A stretch of DNA of 64,000 nucleotides from a virus (lineage: Duplodnaviria; Heunggongvirae; Uroviricota; Caudoviricetes): the IMG/VR virus record IMGVR_UViG_3300011155_000013, positions 18,941-82,940 of that record. One strand, given 5' to 3'. Position numbers and translations under genes: made by a program. This document shows, piece by piece, positions 37,465 to 45,456 of the stretch. The first letter of the stretch is position 1. Each line of letters opens with the position of its first letter. A model generated the notes under the pieces. It worked only from the letters and a program-made list of their open reading frames with translations. It was not told the origin of the DNA and did no database searches.

Positions 37465-39665
37465 ACTCCAACTTCAATGATGTTCGCGGCCAGGGCTTGA
37501 TCCTGCTCGCGGTGGGTGATGAGCAACAGCTGCTTGGCGCTTCCCGCCAGCGACGCGGCCAGTCCCGTCGCGTTGTGCTCGCTCATGGATTCAGTAGGCT
37601 CGTCGAAGATCAGCAGGCTGTCCGAGCCATACAACGCCCGGGCCAGGCCGATACGAACAGCTGAGCCGATGAACGCCTTCTGCGCGCCGGAAGCACACGC
37701 GACCGGTGCAACCACGCCGTCCTCCTCGTAGCAGAAGTCGCCGTCTTCGTTGGTGATACGGGTGATCTCGCCGCGGGTTGCTGCCTTGACCTGGCGCGAG
37801 GCCACGGCCATTACCGTTTCCCATACGTCGCGCAGGTACTGGATACGGCGATCAGCTAGGAAGCGGGCCAGCCGGCCGGCGCGGTCGGCGGCGATCTCGT
37901 GGCCCTTGACCTTCTGCAGAGTGCTTTCCATCGCCTCGACGCGACGCTGGGCCTCCCTCAGTGCCTTGGCTGCGACTGCATCATCCCGCACGGCCATCTC
38001 CACAGCATGCTGCGCCGCCTGGTAGCTGCGATCCCACTCGGCCTTGGCCTGGGCATAGGCGCCCTCAGCGGCGCGCGCCGCGGCGATCTGCTCATCGGTC
38101 GGGGCGTCGGCCACCAGTGCCTGGCGCGCTTCAGCCACGGCGTCTTCAGCGCTGGCGACGTTCTTGTGGGCCTGATTCAGCCGGCGTTCCGCCGCAGCGC
38201 GCCGCTCGTTTGCCTCTGCGCCGGCGTCAGCCTTGGCTTTGAGGGCGGCGACCTCGCCCTGCAGTTCTTCGATCACGCTATCGAGGCTGCTCGCCTCGCC
38301 GCGCAGGTCGTTGACCACACTGGCGTCGACCAGCTTGGCGGCCCACTTCTCAACCTCGGCCTGCTTGGCAGCGCGCTGATCGATGCGCTTTCGCATGGTG
38401 GCCAGCTGCTTGGTCCCTTCGGCCTCACCGGCGGTGGCCAGCGAAAGGCCCACACCCAGGTCGGAGATCTGCTTCTCGAGCGTGGCGATTTCCTCGGCCA
38501 GCTGCTCAGGGTCATGCTCGGCCAGCGCCGTGCCGCAGGTCGGGCAGGTGGCGTCCTTCTCGAGCTTGCGCAGCGCGGCCAGCTTGGATTTGTCGACGGC
38601 GATCAGCTCGCGGGTGCGGGTGGCCTCGTCGGCATAGTGGGCGTGGGTTTTCTCAGCTTCTTCAAGCCGCGCCACGGTGACCGGCTCAATCGCCGCCAGC
38701 TCCGTCTGAGCCTGCTCGTGCTCAGCCTCGGCGCGGATTGCACTGGCCAGCTGTTCCTTCACGTCAGCCAGACGGGCACGCTTCTGGCGAAGCACGGCGC
38801 CTTTCTCAGCGGAGGCTGCGGTGACGCTGTCGATGTCCACCAGCTCACCGCACTCTGCCAGCGCCTGCTCAGCCGTGACGACGGCCTCACGCTTGTGCTC
38901 CATAGCGGCCTCAGCTTCGCGCAGGGCGCTTTCCGCACGCTGGGCAATACGTTGGGTCGTCTGAAGGGCAGAAGAGCTCACCACGGGCGGCATAGCGGCC
39001 AGCGGCGGGAAGTTGTCGAGGTCGGTCTCGGCCTTCTGCCGGTCGACAACTGCTTCCTCGGAGCAGGTGGTGGCAGCGTCAAGAGCTGCGCGAGCAACGG
39101 CCAGCTCCTCTGCTGACACACTGCAAGCGTCCGCCGCAGCTTTCTCAGCGGTCGCCATGGCTCGGGCGCGGGTCATGATGCTGTCGATCAGCGCGATGCC
39201 GGCGAACTCTTCGACCTTCTGGTTCAGCGCGGTCGTACCGAAGGACAGCAGGCCGGAGGTCTGATGCTGCTTCGAGTTCAGAAACAGCGCGAAGTCCTTG
39301 GCGGTGAGGCCGAGCAGCTCTTCGACGTAGGCGGTCACCGGGGTGTTGCCGTTGGCAACGAGGGCGTCCCCGCCGCTGGCACGCTCGACCAACTTGGCCG
39401 TCGACTTGCTGCGGGTCAGGATGTAACGGGCGTTGTCGACCTCGAAGTGAAGCTCCAACCCGAACGTCGTCCGCCCCCAGGTCGGGATGTGCTCTTTCTT
39501 GCCAGGCACGACGGTCACGCCGAACAGTGCGGCCTCGATAGCCTGGATCAGGGTCGACTTGCCGCGGGCGTTCTCGCCGCAGATCACGTTCAGGCCGTCG
39601 GTGAAGTCGGCGGTGAAGGTGCCAAGGCGCTTGAAGTTGGTGGTAATGAGCTTGATCAGTTTCAT
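37461..39665 (-). CDS. SbcC/Rad50-like SMC ATPase with a CxxC zinc hook
   Basis: Walker A GENARGKST. Long coiled coils with a central ATCPTCG hook. C-terminal signature and D-loop LLIFDEPT. Confidence 0.8.
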   Translation of the reverse strand: MKLIKLITTNFKRLGTFTADFTDGLNVICGENARGKSTLIQAIEAALFGVTVVPGKKEHIPTWGRTTFGLELHFEVDNARYILTRSKSTAKLVERASGGDALVANGNTPVTAYVEELLGLTAKDFALFLNSKQHQTSGLLSFGTTALNQKVEEFAGIALIDSIMTRARAMATAEKAAADACSVSAEELAVARAALDAATTCSEEAVVDRQKAETDLDNFPPLAAMPPVVSSSALQTTQRIAQRAESALREAEAAMEHKREAVVTAEQALAECGELVDIDSVTAASAEKGAVLRQKRARLADVKEQLASAIRAEAEHEQAQTELAAIEPVTVARLEEAEKTHAHYADEATRTRELIAVDKSKLAALRKLEKDATCPTCGTALAEHDPEQLAEEIATLEKQISDLGVGLSLATAGEAEGTKQLATMRKRIDQRAAKQAEVEKWAAKLVDASVVNDLRGEASSLDSVIEELQGEVAALKAKADAGAEANERRAAAERRLNQAHKNVASAEDAVAEARQALVADAPTDEQIAAARAAEGAYAQAKAEWDRSYQAAQHAVEMAVRDDAVAAKALREAQRRVEAMESTLQKVKGHEIAADRAGRLARFLADRRIQYLRDVWETVMAVASRQVKAATRGEITRITNEDGDFCYEEDGVVAPVACASGAQKAFIGSAVRIGLARALYGSDSLLIFDEPTESMSEHNATGLAASLAGSAKQLLLITHREQDQALAANIIEVGV

Positions 39666-39822
39666 CGTGAATTCCTTGGAAATATGCCAAGTAACGCTGC
39701 GACGCTGGACATGGCGAAGAGCATCAGGCAGGCCACTGAGGTCCAATCGCCGTTGTTCTTGGTCAGTTCAGCGGCGATGAACCAGATAGGTGATGCGACC
39801 AGGTGGGAGTTGTGTGAGAAGT

Positions 39823-40194
39823 TCATTTGGCCGCCCCTGTGAGGTCTTCCAGCGTTTCCAGGTACTGGCGGCGCTGCTTTGCGTCTCGCTCAGCCTCTAG
39901 CCGAAGTACAAGTGCTCGGAGCCTGGCCATTGTCCTGATGCGGGGCCGTCGCGCCTCGGCCCCCTTCCATCGGTCTCCCTTGTAGACCATGGAGAGGTGC
40001 CCGAACGAGTAGGGGTAGTTGCTTACACACACGTCCGCATTCCCCATCTGTACGGTGTGATGGGATAACTTGGCGGTTTCGCTATGTGTGTCTAAGAGAG
40101 AGTTCAGAGTTTTGTCCCATTCCGGGCAGAACTCCTCCATGAAAAGCACCCCAAACCACGACCTCAGAACGATCTCGACGTAACCAAGAGTCAT
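39823..40194 (-). CDS. hypothetical protein (123 aa)
   Basis: Real-looking C-terminal part of ORF 39823..40581. ATG at 40194 overlaps the stop of the upstream gene (ATGA). Confidence 0.45.
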   Translation of the reverse strand: MTLGYVEIVLRSWFGVLFMEEFCPEWDKTLNSLLDTHSETAKLSHHTVQMGNADVCVSNYPYSFGHLSMVYKGDRWKGAEARRPRIRTMARLRALVLRLEAERDAKQRRQYLETLEDLTGAAK

Positions 40195-40466
40195 CAGGCT
40201 GCCTCCACCGCATAGATCGTCACGCCTTCGGCAGGCGCTGCCCTGCAGATTCTCTCGAGCATTTTCAGCTCTTCTCTTGAGCAGTCGTCGATGACGATGG
40301 TGGTCATCCCGTCGGCTGCCAGCCGGCGCAATGCTCTTTCGACGCTGAGCGAGTCGTAACCCCACAGGATCCGCTGGATACCTTTGTCCCCCGCGTTCCG
40401 CAGGATCTCTTGCAGCTTGGTTGTCTTCCCGGACATCGCCGGGCCGCGGATGATTTCTAGCTTCAT
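40194..40466 (-). CDS. mini P-loop protein (90 aa) with a thymidine-kinase-like Walker A (RGPAMSGKTT) and Walker-B-like IVIDD
   Basis: Motifs seen in the sequence. Far shorter than full-length TK. Confidence 0.5.
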   Translation of the reverse strand: MKLEIIRGPAMSGKTTKLQEILRNAGDKGIQRILWGYDSLSVERALRRLAADGMTTIVIDDCSREELKMLERICRAAPAEGVTIYAVEAA

Positions 40467-40602
40467 ACAGTGAGTTCCTTGATCGCTTGACGAATGGAGA
40501 GCCGGAGACGCAGGGTCTTGAAGCAGAGGCGCGGGGCGTACTCAGCCTCGATTCGGAGCAGCTGCTCGAGGCGCGGGCCAAGGCCGCTGGAAGGGCGTGG
40601 GG
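40463..40602 (-). CDS. small ORF (46 aa) translationally coupled on both sides
   Basis: ATGA overlaps at both ends. Not in the ORF track because it is short. Confidence 0.3.
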
Positions 40603-40608
40603 CTGGCT

Positions 40609-40941
40609 TCATGGCTGACCTCCGTCTGCGTCGTAGATGCACGCAGGGCGGCGGAACTCAATGACCTCGCCGTTCTCCTCCTTCCAGTCCATCGCTGAGC
40701 CGAGGTGGCACTTGTCGGTGCGAACCGCGTAGTGGACCTGGCAGCCGGCAATAACCAGATCACCGACCTGCACGTACCAATTGGTCGATCGTGCGTTGGT
40801 TCGAATGCCCAGTGTCTTCTCATCGCTGTGGACGCCGTGGACTGTGCCGTAGGCAGCTCGGTATTGCCTTCCGTCAGGCGCGAAGAAGAAACAGTCGGTG
40901 GTGATCAGGACCTTGGTTCCTATCTCAAACTGATGACTCAC
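40609..40941 (-). CDS. hypothetical protein (110 aa)
   Basis: ORF with 4-nt overlaps with both neighbours. Confidence 0.45.
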   Translation of the reverse strand: MSHQFEIGTKVLITTDCFFFAPDGRQYRAAYGTVHGVHSDEKTLGIRTNARSTNWYVQVGDLVIAGCQVHYAVRTDKCHLGSAMDWKEENGEVIEFRRPACIYDADGGQP

Positions 40942-41972
40942 ACCGCCACCTCCTTCGCCAACTCGCTGAACAGGTCAGCCAAATCGCTACCTTCCAACTC
41001 GCGGCTGATGCGGGTGCGCAGATCCTCGACTACCGGCTTCTCCGCCTCGTCGTCGACTACGTTCACGCCGGCCACCGAGACGCTGTTGCGAACTGCCAAT
41101 GCGTCCGGGGCGTTCTCCCACACCATCTGCATGAAGTCGGCGACAGCCACGGCCTCGTCCGCAGCGCCAATCACGTCGATGAACTGCACGCCACTCAGGT
41201 CCGGCAGCTCCTGACCGAACATGACTGACGCGAAGCGCTCGTCCTTGGACCAGATGCGGGTTTTGGTGAGATCAATGCTGTCGTCGGTGATCTCCAGCTG
41301 GTAGGAGAACTTGTCGCTGATATCGGCAAACGACGTCGGGTGCGTGTTGCCCAGGATCACCACTCGGCCGTCGAAGTGGGTGGACGGCTTGTGCTCGTGG
41401 CCGAGGAAGATGTAGTCGAACGACTCCAACAGCTTCTGCGCGATTGCCGGCGACAGGTTGAGGGTGTCGTCCTCGGTGGCGAAGGGCTGGTCGTAGTTGC
41501 AATGCAGCATCAAGACGCTGGCCCGGCCGGCGCGCTCACAGGCCGCATGCTCAGCGGCGTCCAGCATTGCCTGCTCGAACAGCTCCTGACTGGCGTGGTG
41601 CGGGACGAAGTAGAGCGGTTCGAAGTTGTCGAAGTAGGGCTCCGACAAGCTGGGCGAGGAGATGATCGCGCAGCCCATTTCCTGGAGCGCGCGGAGGCTT
41701 GTGATGGTCCCTTCGCGGTTGGTCTCGTCGTGGTTGCCGGCCAGCGTCCACATGCAGTTGCTGGCGATCTCGTAACCCTGGACCAAGATCGATTCGTCGT
41801 TGAAGGCGCGGTCGAACAGGTCGCCCAGGCAGATCGGCTTCTCCGCGTCCTCAATGACGTCCCACGCCTGCTTGAACAAGGCGAGGGTCAGGTGCTTGGA
41901 GGACTCGCGGGTGGTATGCGCTGCCCGGCGGGTGCCGAGGTGTGGATCGGTGAAGAGCGTATACGTCGTCAT
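40938..41972 (-). CDS. SbcD/Mre11-like metallophosphoesterase nuclease
   Basis: N-terminal DPHLG motif. The later GNHD and GHEH motifs are typical of the calcineurin-like nuclease family. Confidence 0.8.
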   Translation of the reverse strand: MTTYTLFTDPHLGTRRAAHTTRESSKHLTLALFKQAWDVIEDAEKPICLGDLFDRAFNDESILVQGYEIASNCMWTLAGNHDETNREGTITSLRALQEMGCAIISSPSLSEPYFDNFEPLYFVPHHASQELFEQAMLDAAEHAACERAGRASVLMLHCNYDQPFATEDDTLNLSPAIAQKLLESFDYIFLGHEHKPSTHFDGRVVILGNTHPTSFADISDKFSYQLEITDDSIDLTKTRIWSKDERFASVMFGQELPDLSGVQFIDVIGAADEAVAVADFMQMVWENAPDALAVRNSVSVAGVNVVDDEAEKPVVEDLRTRISRELEGSDLADLFSELAKEVAV

Positions 41973-42063
41973 AACAGGCTTCCTGTAATTACGGCACTAA
42001 GAGCCCACCCCGCCGCTTGCGCGGCGAGGAGGGTGACGGCGAAGTGGCGGAGGGCGCGGCGGG

Positions 42064-42222
42064 TCACAGCAACGCCTGCACAAATGGAAGGGCGAAGAAG
42101 AAACCGAGGGTCGCCCCGAAGCCAAAGAAGCCGCCGACGCAGATCAGCAGGATGAGCTTGCAGACGCTGCCGATGGTTTCGTCTACCAGGCCTCGCAGCG
42201 CCCGCTTGGTCTCGTACCTCAT
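42064..42222 (-). CDS. small membrane protein (52 aa)
   Basis: ATG at 42222 overlaps the ligase stop. Single hydrophobic helix with a GxxxG-like packing motif. Confidence 0.35.
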   Translation of the reverse strand: MRYETKRALRGLVDETIGSVCKLILLICVGGFFGFGATLGFFFALPFVQALL

Positions 42223-43382
42223 ACGTCTTCCCTCCAGCGCAAGGCCACCGGCAGCAGCGGGATGCCGTCCTTGCTGTGGCCGAAGTGTTGGTAGGTCAGC
42301 GTCTTGCCGATGTGGACATGCTGCATTTCCCACTGGGCGTGCTTCTGCTGGGCATTGCCGTGGGCAGTGGCCTTGAACGTCCGACCGCAGGGCATCTGCA
42401 AGGTCCAGACCGGCACCTCGAACTCGCCGTTGGGCGTGCCGCGCTCCACCGCGATGACGATGGCCTCGGCGTCGGAGAAGTCCTTGACCTTCAGTAGCGA
42501 CTGGCTGCGTTTGTCGGTCTCGTAAGGAGCCATGCCGTGGCGGAGGATGGAGCCCTCGAAGCCGGCCTCTTTCCAGTTCTCATGGAGCATGGTCAGCTGG
42601 CTGCGATCCTGCACCTGGATGGTTGGCACCGCCTGTAGAGGAGCATCGGCTGAGCAGTACCGGGAAAGCAGGATGTCGGTCGGCAGGCTGCCGCGCAGAT
42701 AGCTGATGCGCTTGCTGTAGCGGCAGTCCATCACCACGTCGTAGACGTGATACTGCAGTTTCAGCGATTCCTCGCGCGGCTTCTTCACCAGGCTGCCAAT
42801 GTCCTGCAGCAGCATGCCGTGGATGTACAGCTCGCCGTCCAGGTGCAGGTTCTGAAGGCCAGCAGCGTGGATCGCCTCTACGATGTGCGGCAGGTTGATG
42901 ACCTTGCCATTGCGGCTGTAGAGCACGCCGCCCTTGAACAGGCAGCGGTGGCCGTCCAGCTTGGGTTGCGCGAAAGCGTTGTCCCAGTCGATGGCTTCCG
43001 GTTTCACCTTGTCGATCGGGTGGGCCAGCATCGGCTTTTCCAGGCCCAGGGCGTTGGTGGCCGGTGCGCTCGCTTCCTCGAGTGTGCGGACGTAGCCCTT
43101 GTCGAGCTGCTTGTTGACGCGGCTGTCCAGTTCCATCACAGCCTGCTGAGCAGGGGTGGTCTGGTTGGCGCGGCCGATGTTCTTGGCCTCGACCGGCACT
43201 TCCTTGGTCACGGCTGCTCCGCCGACGACCTTGGTGTGCGAGATGACGAGCTTGGCCACTTCATACCCTGCGCAGGCTGGCTCGCCAGCAGGGAATTCCA
43301 TGTCCTCGACCGCCTGAATCTTCCAGTCCCCGGTCTTTCCGCCGTGGTTCTTGAAGAGCGTGACTTCCTTCAATACTTTCAT
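42219..43382 (-). CDS. ATP-dependent DNA ligase
   Basis: KxDG adenylation motif (KLDGHR) and later ligase motifs. 387 aa. Confidence 0.8.
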   Translation of the reverse strand: MKVLKEVTLFKNHGGKTGDWKIQAVEDMEFPAGEPACAGYEVAKLVISHTKVVGGAAVTKEVPVEAKNIGRANQTTPAQQAVMELDSRVNKQLDKGYVRTLEEASAPATNALGLEKPMLAHPIDKVKPEAIDWDNAFAQPKLDGHRCLFKGGVLYSRNGKVINLPHIVEAIHAAGLQNLHLDGELYIHGMLLQDIGSLVKKPREESLKLQYHVYDVVMDCRYSKRISYLRGSLPTDILLSRYCSADAPLQAVPTIQVQDRSQLTMLHENWKEAGFEGSILRHGMAPYETDKRSQSLLKVKDFSDAEAIVIAVERGTPNGEFEVPVWTLQMPCGRTFKATAHGNAQQKHAQWEMQHVHIGKTLTYQHFGHSKDGIPLLPVALRWREDV

Positions 43383-43406
43383 GTTGTGCTTCCGTTGTTA
43401 CGGGTT

Positions 43407-43429
43407 GCTGTATTTACAGCAATACAGGT
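43407..43429. promoter_or_regulatory. ctgtatttacag plus caatacaggtt, upstream of the DNA ligase gene (minus strand)
   Basis: Seen in sequence. Confidence 0.55.
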
Positions 43430-43947
43430 TGGCTTGCAAGAGTAGCGGCCATCGTGGGCAGTGCGAAGTAGTCCACCAGCCCTCGACTGACGACGTCCGC
43501 GTTCAGCTTTACGCCGTGGCCGGCATTCTCGATGGAGGCCAGCAGGTAGTCCTTACTGATCCGCTCCTCCTGCACCACTGCAGCGCCGTCCCAGATCTGA
43601 ATCACGCCGCGCTCCGCGTCGTAGAACAGGACCAGGTAGGGGAGCTTGAGCAGCTCTCGGTAGAACGAGATGGCGCCGCGCTGGGCCGGCTGCATCGCCT
43701 GCTTGGTCAGCGTCGAGTTCTTCTCGCTGGCCTTCACTTCGCAGAAGAACAGCCGCTGGCCGGCCAGCGGTGAGCGAGCACCTGCCGGCAGGGCCAGCAG
43801 GTAGTCACTTGGCTGTGCAGCCACGATGGAGCCGCCGGCGGCACCGGTGTCGGCCAGGCGGTGCCAGCCCAGAAGGTGGCTCTCGCGCAGGGCGCGGAAC
43901 ACCTTCTGGATCTCCTTCTCGAAGATCTTGCCTATGTCCGTAGACAA
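43414..43947 (-). CDS. hypothetical protein, possible PD-(D/E)xK-type nuclease (about 177 aa; the TTG start is uncertain)
   Basis: The 3' part of ORF 43414..44286 looks real. GAGGTGAT SD lies before a TTG at 43947. A D...EVK-like motif is present. Confidence 0.35.
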   Translation of the reverse strand: MSTDIGKIFEKEIQKVFRALRESHLLGWHRLADTGAAGGSIVAAQPSDYLLALPAGARSPLAGQRLFFCEVKASEKNSTLTKQAMQPAQRGAISFYRELLKLPYLVLFYDAERGVIQIWDGAAVVQEERISKDYLLASIENAGHGVKLNADVVSRGLVDYFALPTMAATLASQPVLL

Positions 43948-44471
43948 TTCATCACCTCGTCGAGCGCTGCGTAGAGGTCGTCGATCGTGCCGTCGTTGTG
44001 GATGACGTGGTCGGCCTGGACCGTGCAGCCTGCTTCGCTGACGTGAGCCGAGACCTGTGTGGCGGCCGACCGCCGGATCTCGATCAGGACACCACCTTGT
44101 TCCTTGATCCACCGCGCCTCGTTGTCGTACCTGACGTCGCTGACGACCATGCCCTTTGCGAGGTTGCGTTGGCAGGCCAGCCACTCCTGGTGGGCTAGTA
44201 GCACCCACAGGTCCGGGTGAACACACTGCCGGCCCCATTCTGTGCCGAGCGTCTGCATCAGCTGCCGTGGGCTCTTTCCGAGCCACTCGATCGGCGCTTC
44301 GCGGTCGCCGTCGTAGAACAGGTCCCCGAAGACACTGGTCAGCATGCCCTTCAGTGGGTTGGCAAACGCGAACTGCTGAAGGAGGTGGCGATCCTCCAGA
44401 AACGCAGCTGCAGTGTCCTTGCCGACCCTGGCCCGGCCGTAAAGCCCGACCAGCTTCTTGGACTGGTTCAC
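43932..44471 (-). CDS. deoxynucleoside monophosphate kinase-like P-loop kinase (GTG start)
   Basis: Walker A GRARVGKDT. Phage dNMP-kinase-like size. GTGA overlap with the upstream exonuclease stop. Confidence 0.55.
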   Translation of the reverse strand: MNQSKKLVGLYGRARVGKDTAAAFLEDRHLLQQFAFANPLKGMLTSVFGDLFYDGDREAPIEWLGKSPRQLMQTLGTEWGRQCVHPDLWVLLAHQEWLACQRNLAKGMVVSDVRYDNEARWIKEQGGVLIEIRRSAATQVSAHVSEAGCTVQADHVIHNDGTIDDLYAALDEVMNCLRT

Positions 44472-45175
44472 CGCACCATCTCCAGGCCCAGCTGCAGGTC
44501 CGGACTCAGGCTGTCCATGTTCTCCAGTGCCCAGCGGACGTAGGACTTTGGTAGGTTGCACAGCTTCACGCCCTTGTGTTTGCCGTAGGGCATTTCCATC
44601 GACGTCGTCGCCCAGGGCTCCCGCATCCAGGCGATGAGCTCGCTGAGAGAGGTGCAGTTGGCCTTCTCGATCGACGGCTGAATAAGGTCCAGCGTCATCA
44701 CGATGTCGGCGAAGGCGTCATGGGCATTCTCAGCCTTCCGGCCGGTGAGCACCTCGTAGGCAGTGCCAAGATTGGCCTTCGGTAACAGACCCGCGTTCTT
44801 GAAGCGGCGGGTGGCGACCATCAGGTCGATCGACGGGAACTCGGCCAGGCCGCAGCGGCGGGCCAGCTTGTCGTCGAAAGCGGCGCTGTTGTAGCCGAGC
44901 ACAGCCTGGATGGCGGTGTCGTTGACCAGCTCGAACTGTTCAGCCAGGTAGCTTTCCCAGTGCGGCCTATCTTCGACGTGGTGGTCGTAGATGCCGTGCA
45001 CCCCACTGGCGCCGGCTGGGATAGGCTCGCCCGGGTGGAGCAGCTGCACATCCTTTTCCAGGATGCTGTAGCGACCGTCCTCGTGAAGCGTTGCGAAGCA
45101 CAGGGCCGCTTGCACGACCCCGCACTTGGCTGTGTTCACCCCGGTGGTTTCATAGTCGTGGGCGAAGACCAGCAT
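44468..45175 (-). CDS. DnaQ-like 3'-5' exonuclease with a C-terminal KHKG...YVRW (DUF3820-like) domain
   Basis: DEDDh motifs (FAHDYETTG; ...HDAFAD). Confidence 0.75.
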   Translation of the reverse strand: MLVFAHDYETTGVNTAKCGVVQAALCFATLHEDGRYSILEKDVQLLHPGEPIPAGASGVHGIYDHHVEDRPHWESYLAEQFELVNDTAIQAVLGYNSAAFDDKLARRCGLAEFPSIDLMVATRRFKNAGLLPKANLGTAYEVLTGRKAENAHDAFADIVMTLDLIQPSIEKANCTSLSELIAWMREPWATTSMEMPYGKHKGVKLCNLPKSYVRWALENMDSLSPDLQLGLEMVR

Positions 45176-45456
45176 CAGCGATCACCTCCGGCGGTGGCCT
45201 TCGTCGACTTCTTGTGCTCCTGCATGGCGCGCATCGCATCACCCTCGCGGGTGAAATAGCGCTTCCACAGGTCTGGCCAGTCTTTCTTCAGTGCCTCGGA
45301 GCGGCGGTGCAGCGCACCCTGCGCTGCGGACGCCAGCTTGAGGCTGGAGCGGGCCTGGGCCAGCTCCTGCTCCAGACTGTTCACCTTCCGCTGCAGGTCT
45401 GCCACTGCCTTGGGGTCAGCTCGTTGAATCAACGATTTGAGGGTTGCGCCGATCAT
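45175..45456 (-). CDS. hypothetical coiled-coil protein (93 aa)
   Basis: Only the C-terminal 93 codons of ORF 45175..45969 look real. ATGA overlap with the polymerase stop. Confidence 0.4.
   Translation of the reverse strand: MIGATLKSLIQRADPKAVADLQRKVNSLEQELAQARSSLKLASAAQGALHRRSEALKKDWPDLWKRYFTREGDAMRAMQEHKKSTKATAGGDR

Noticed and set aside
39823-40581. 252-aa ORF spanning the mini P-loop gene
   Set aside because: The first 129 codons are low-complexity and overlap the 90-aa P-loop ORF. It is split into two coupled genes at the ATGA overlap at 40194.
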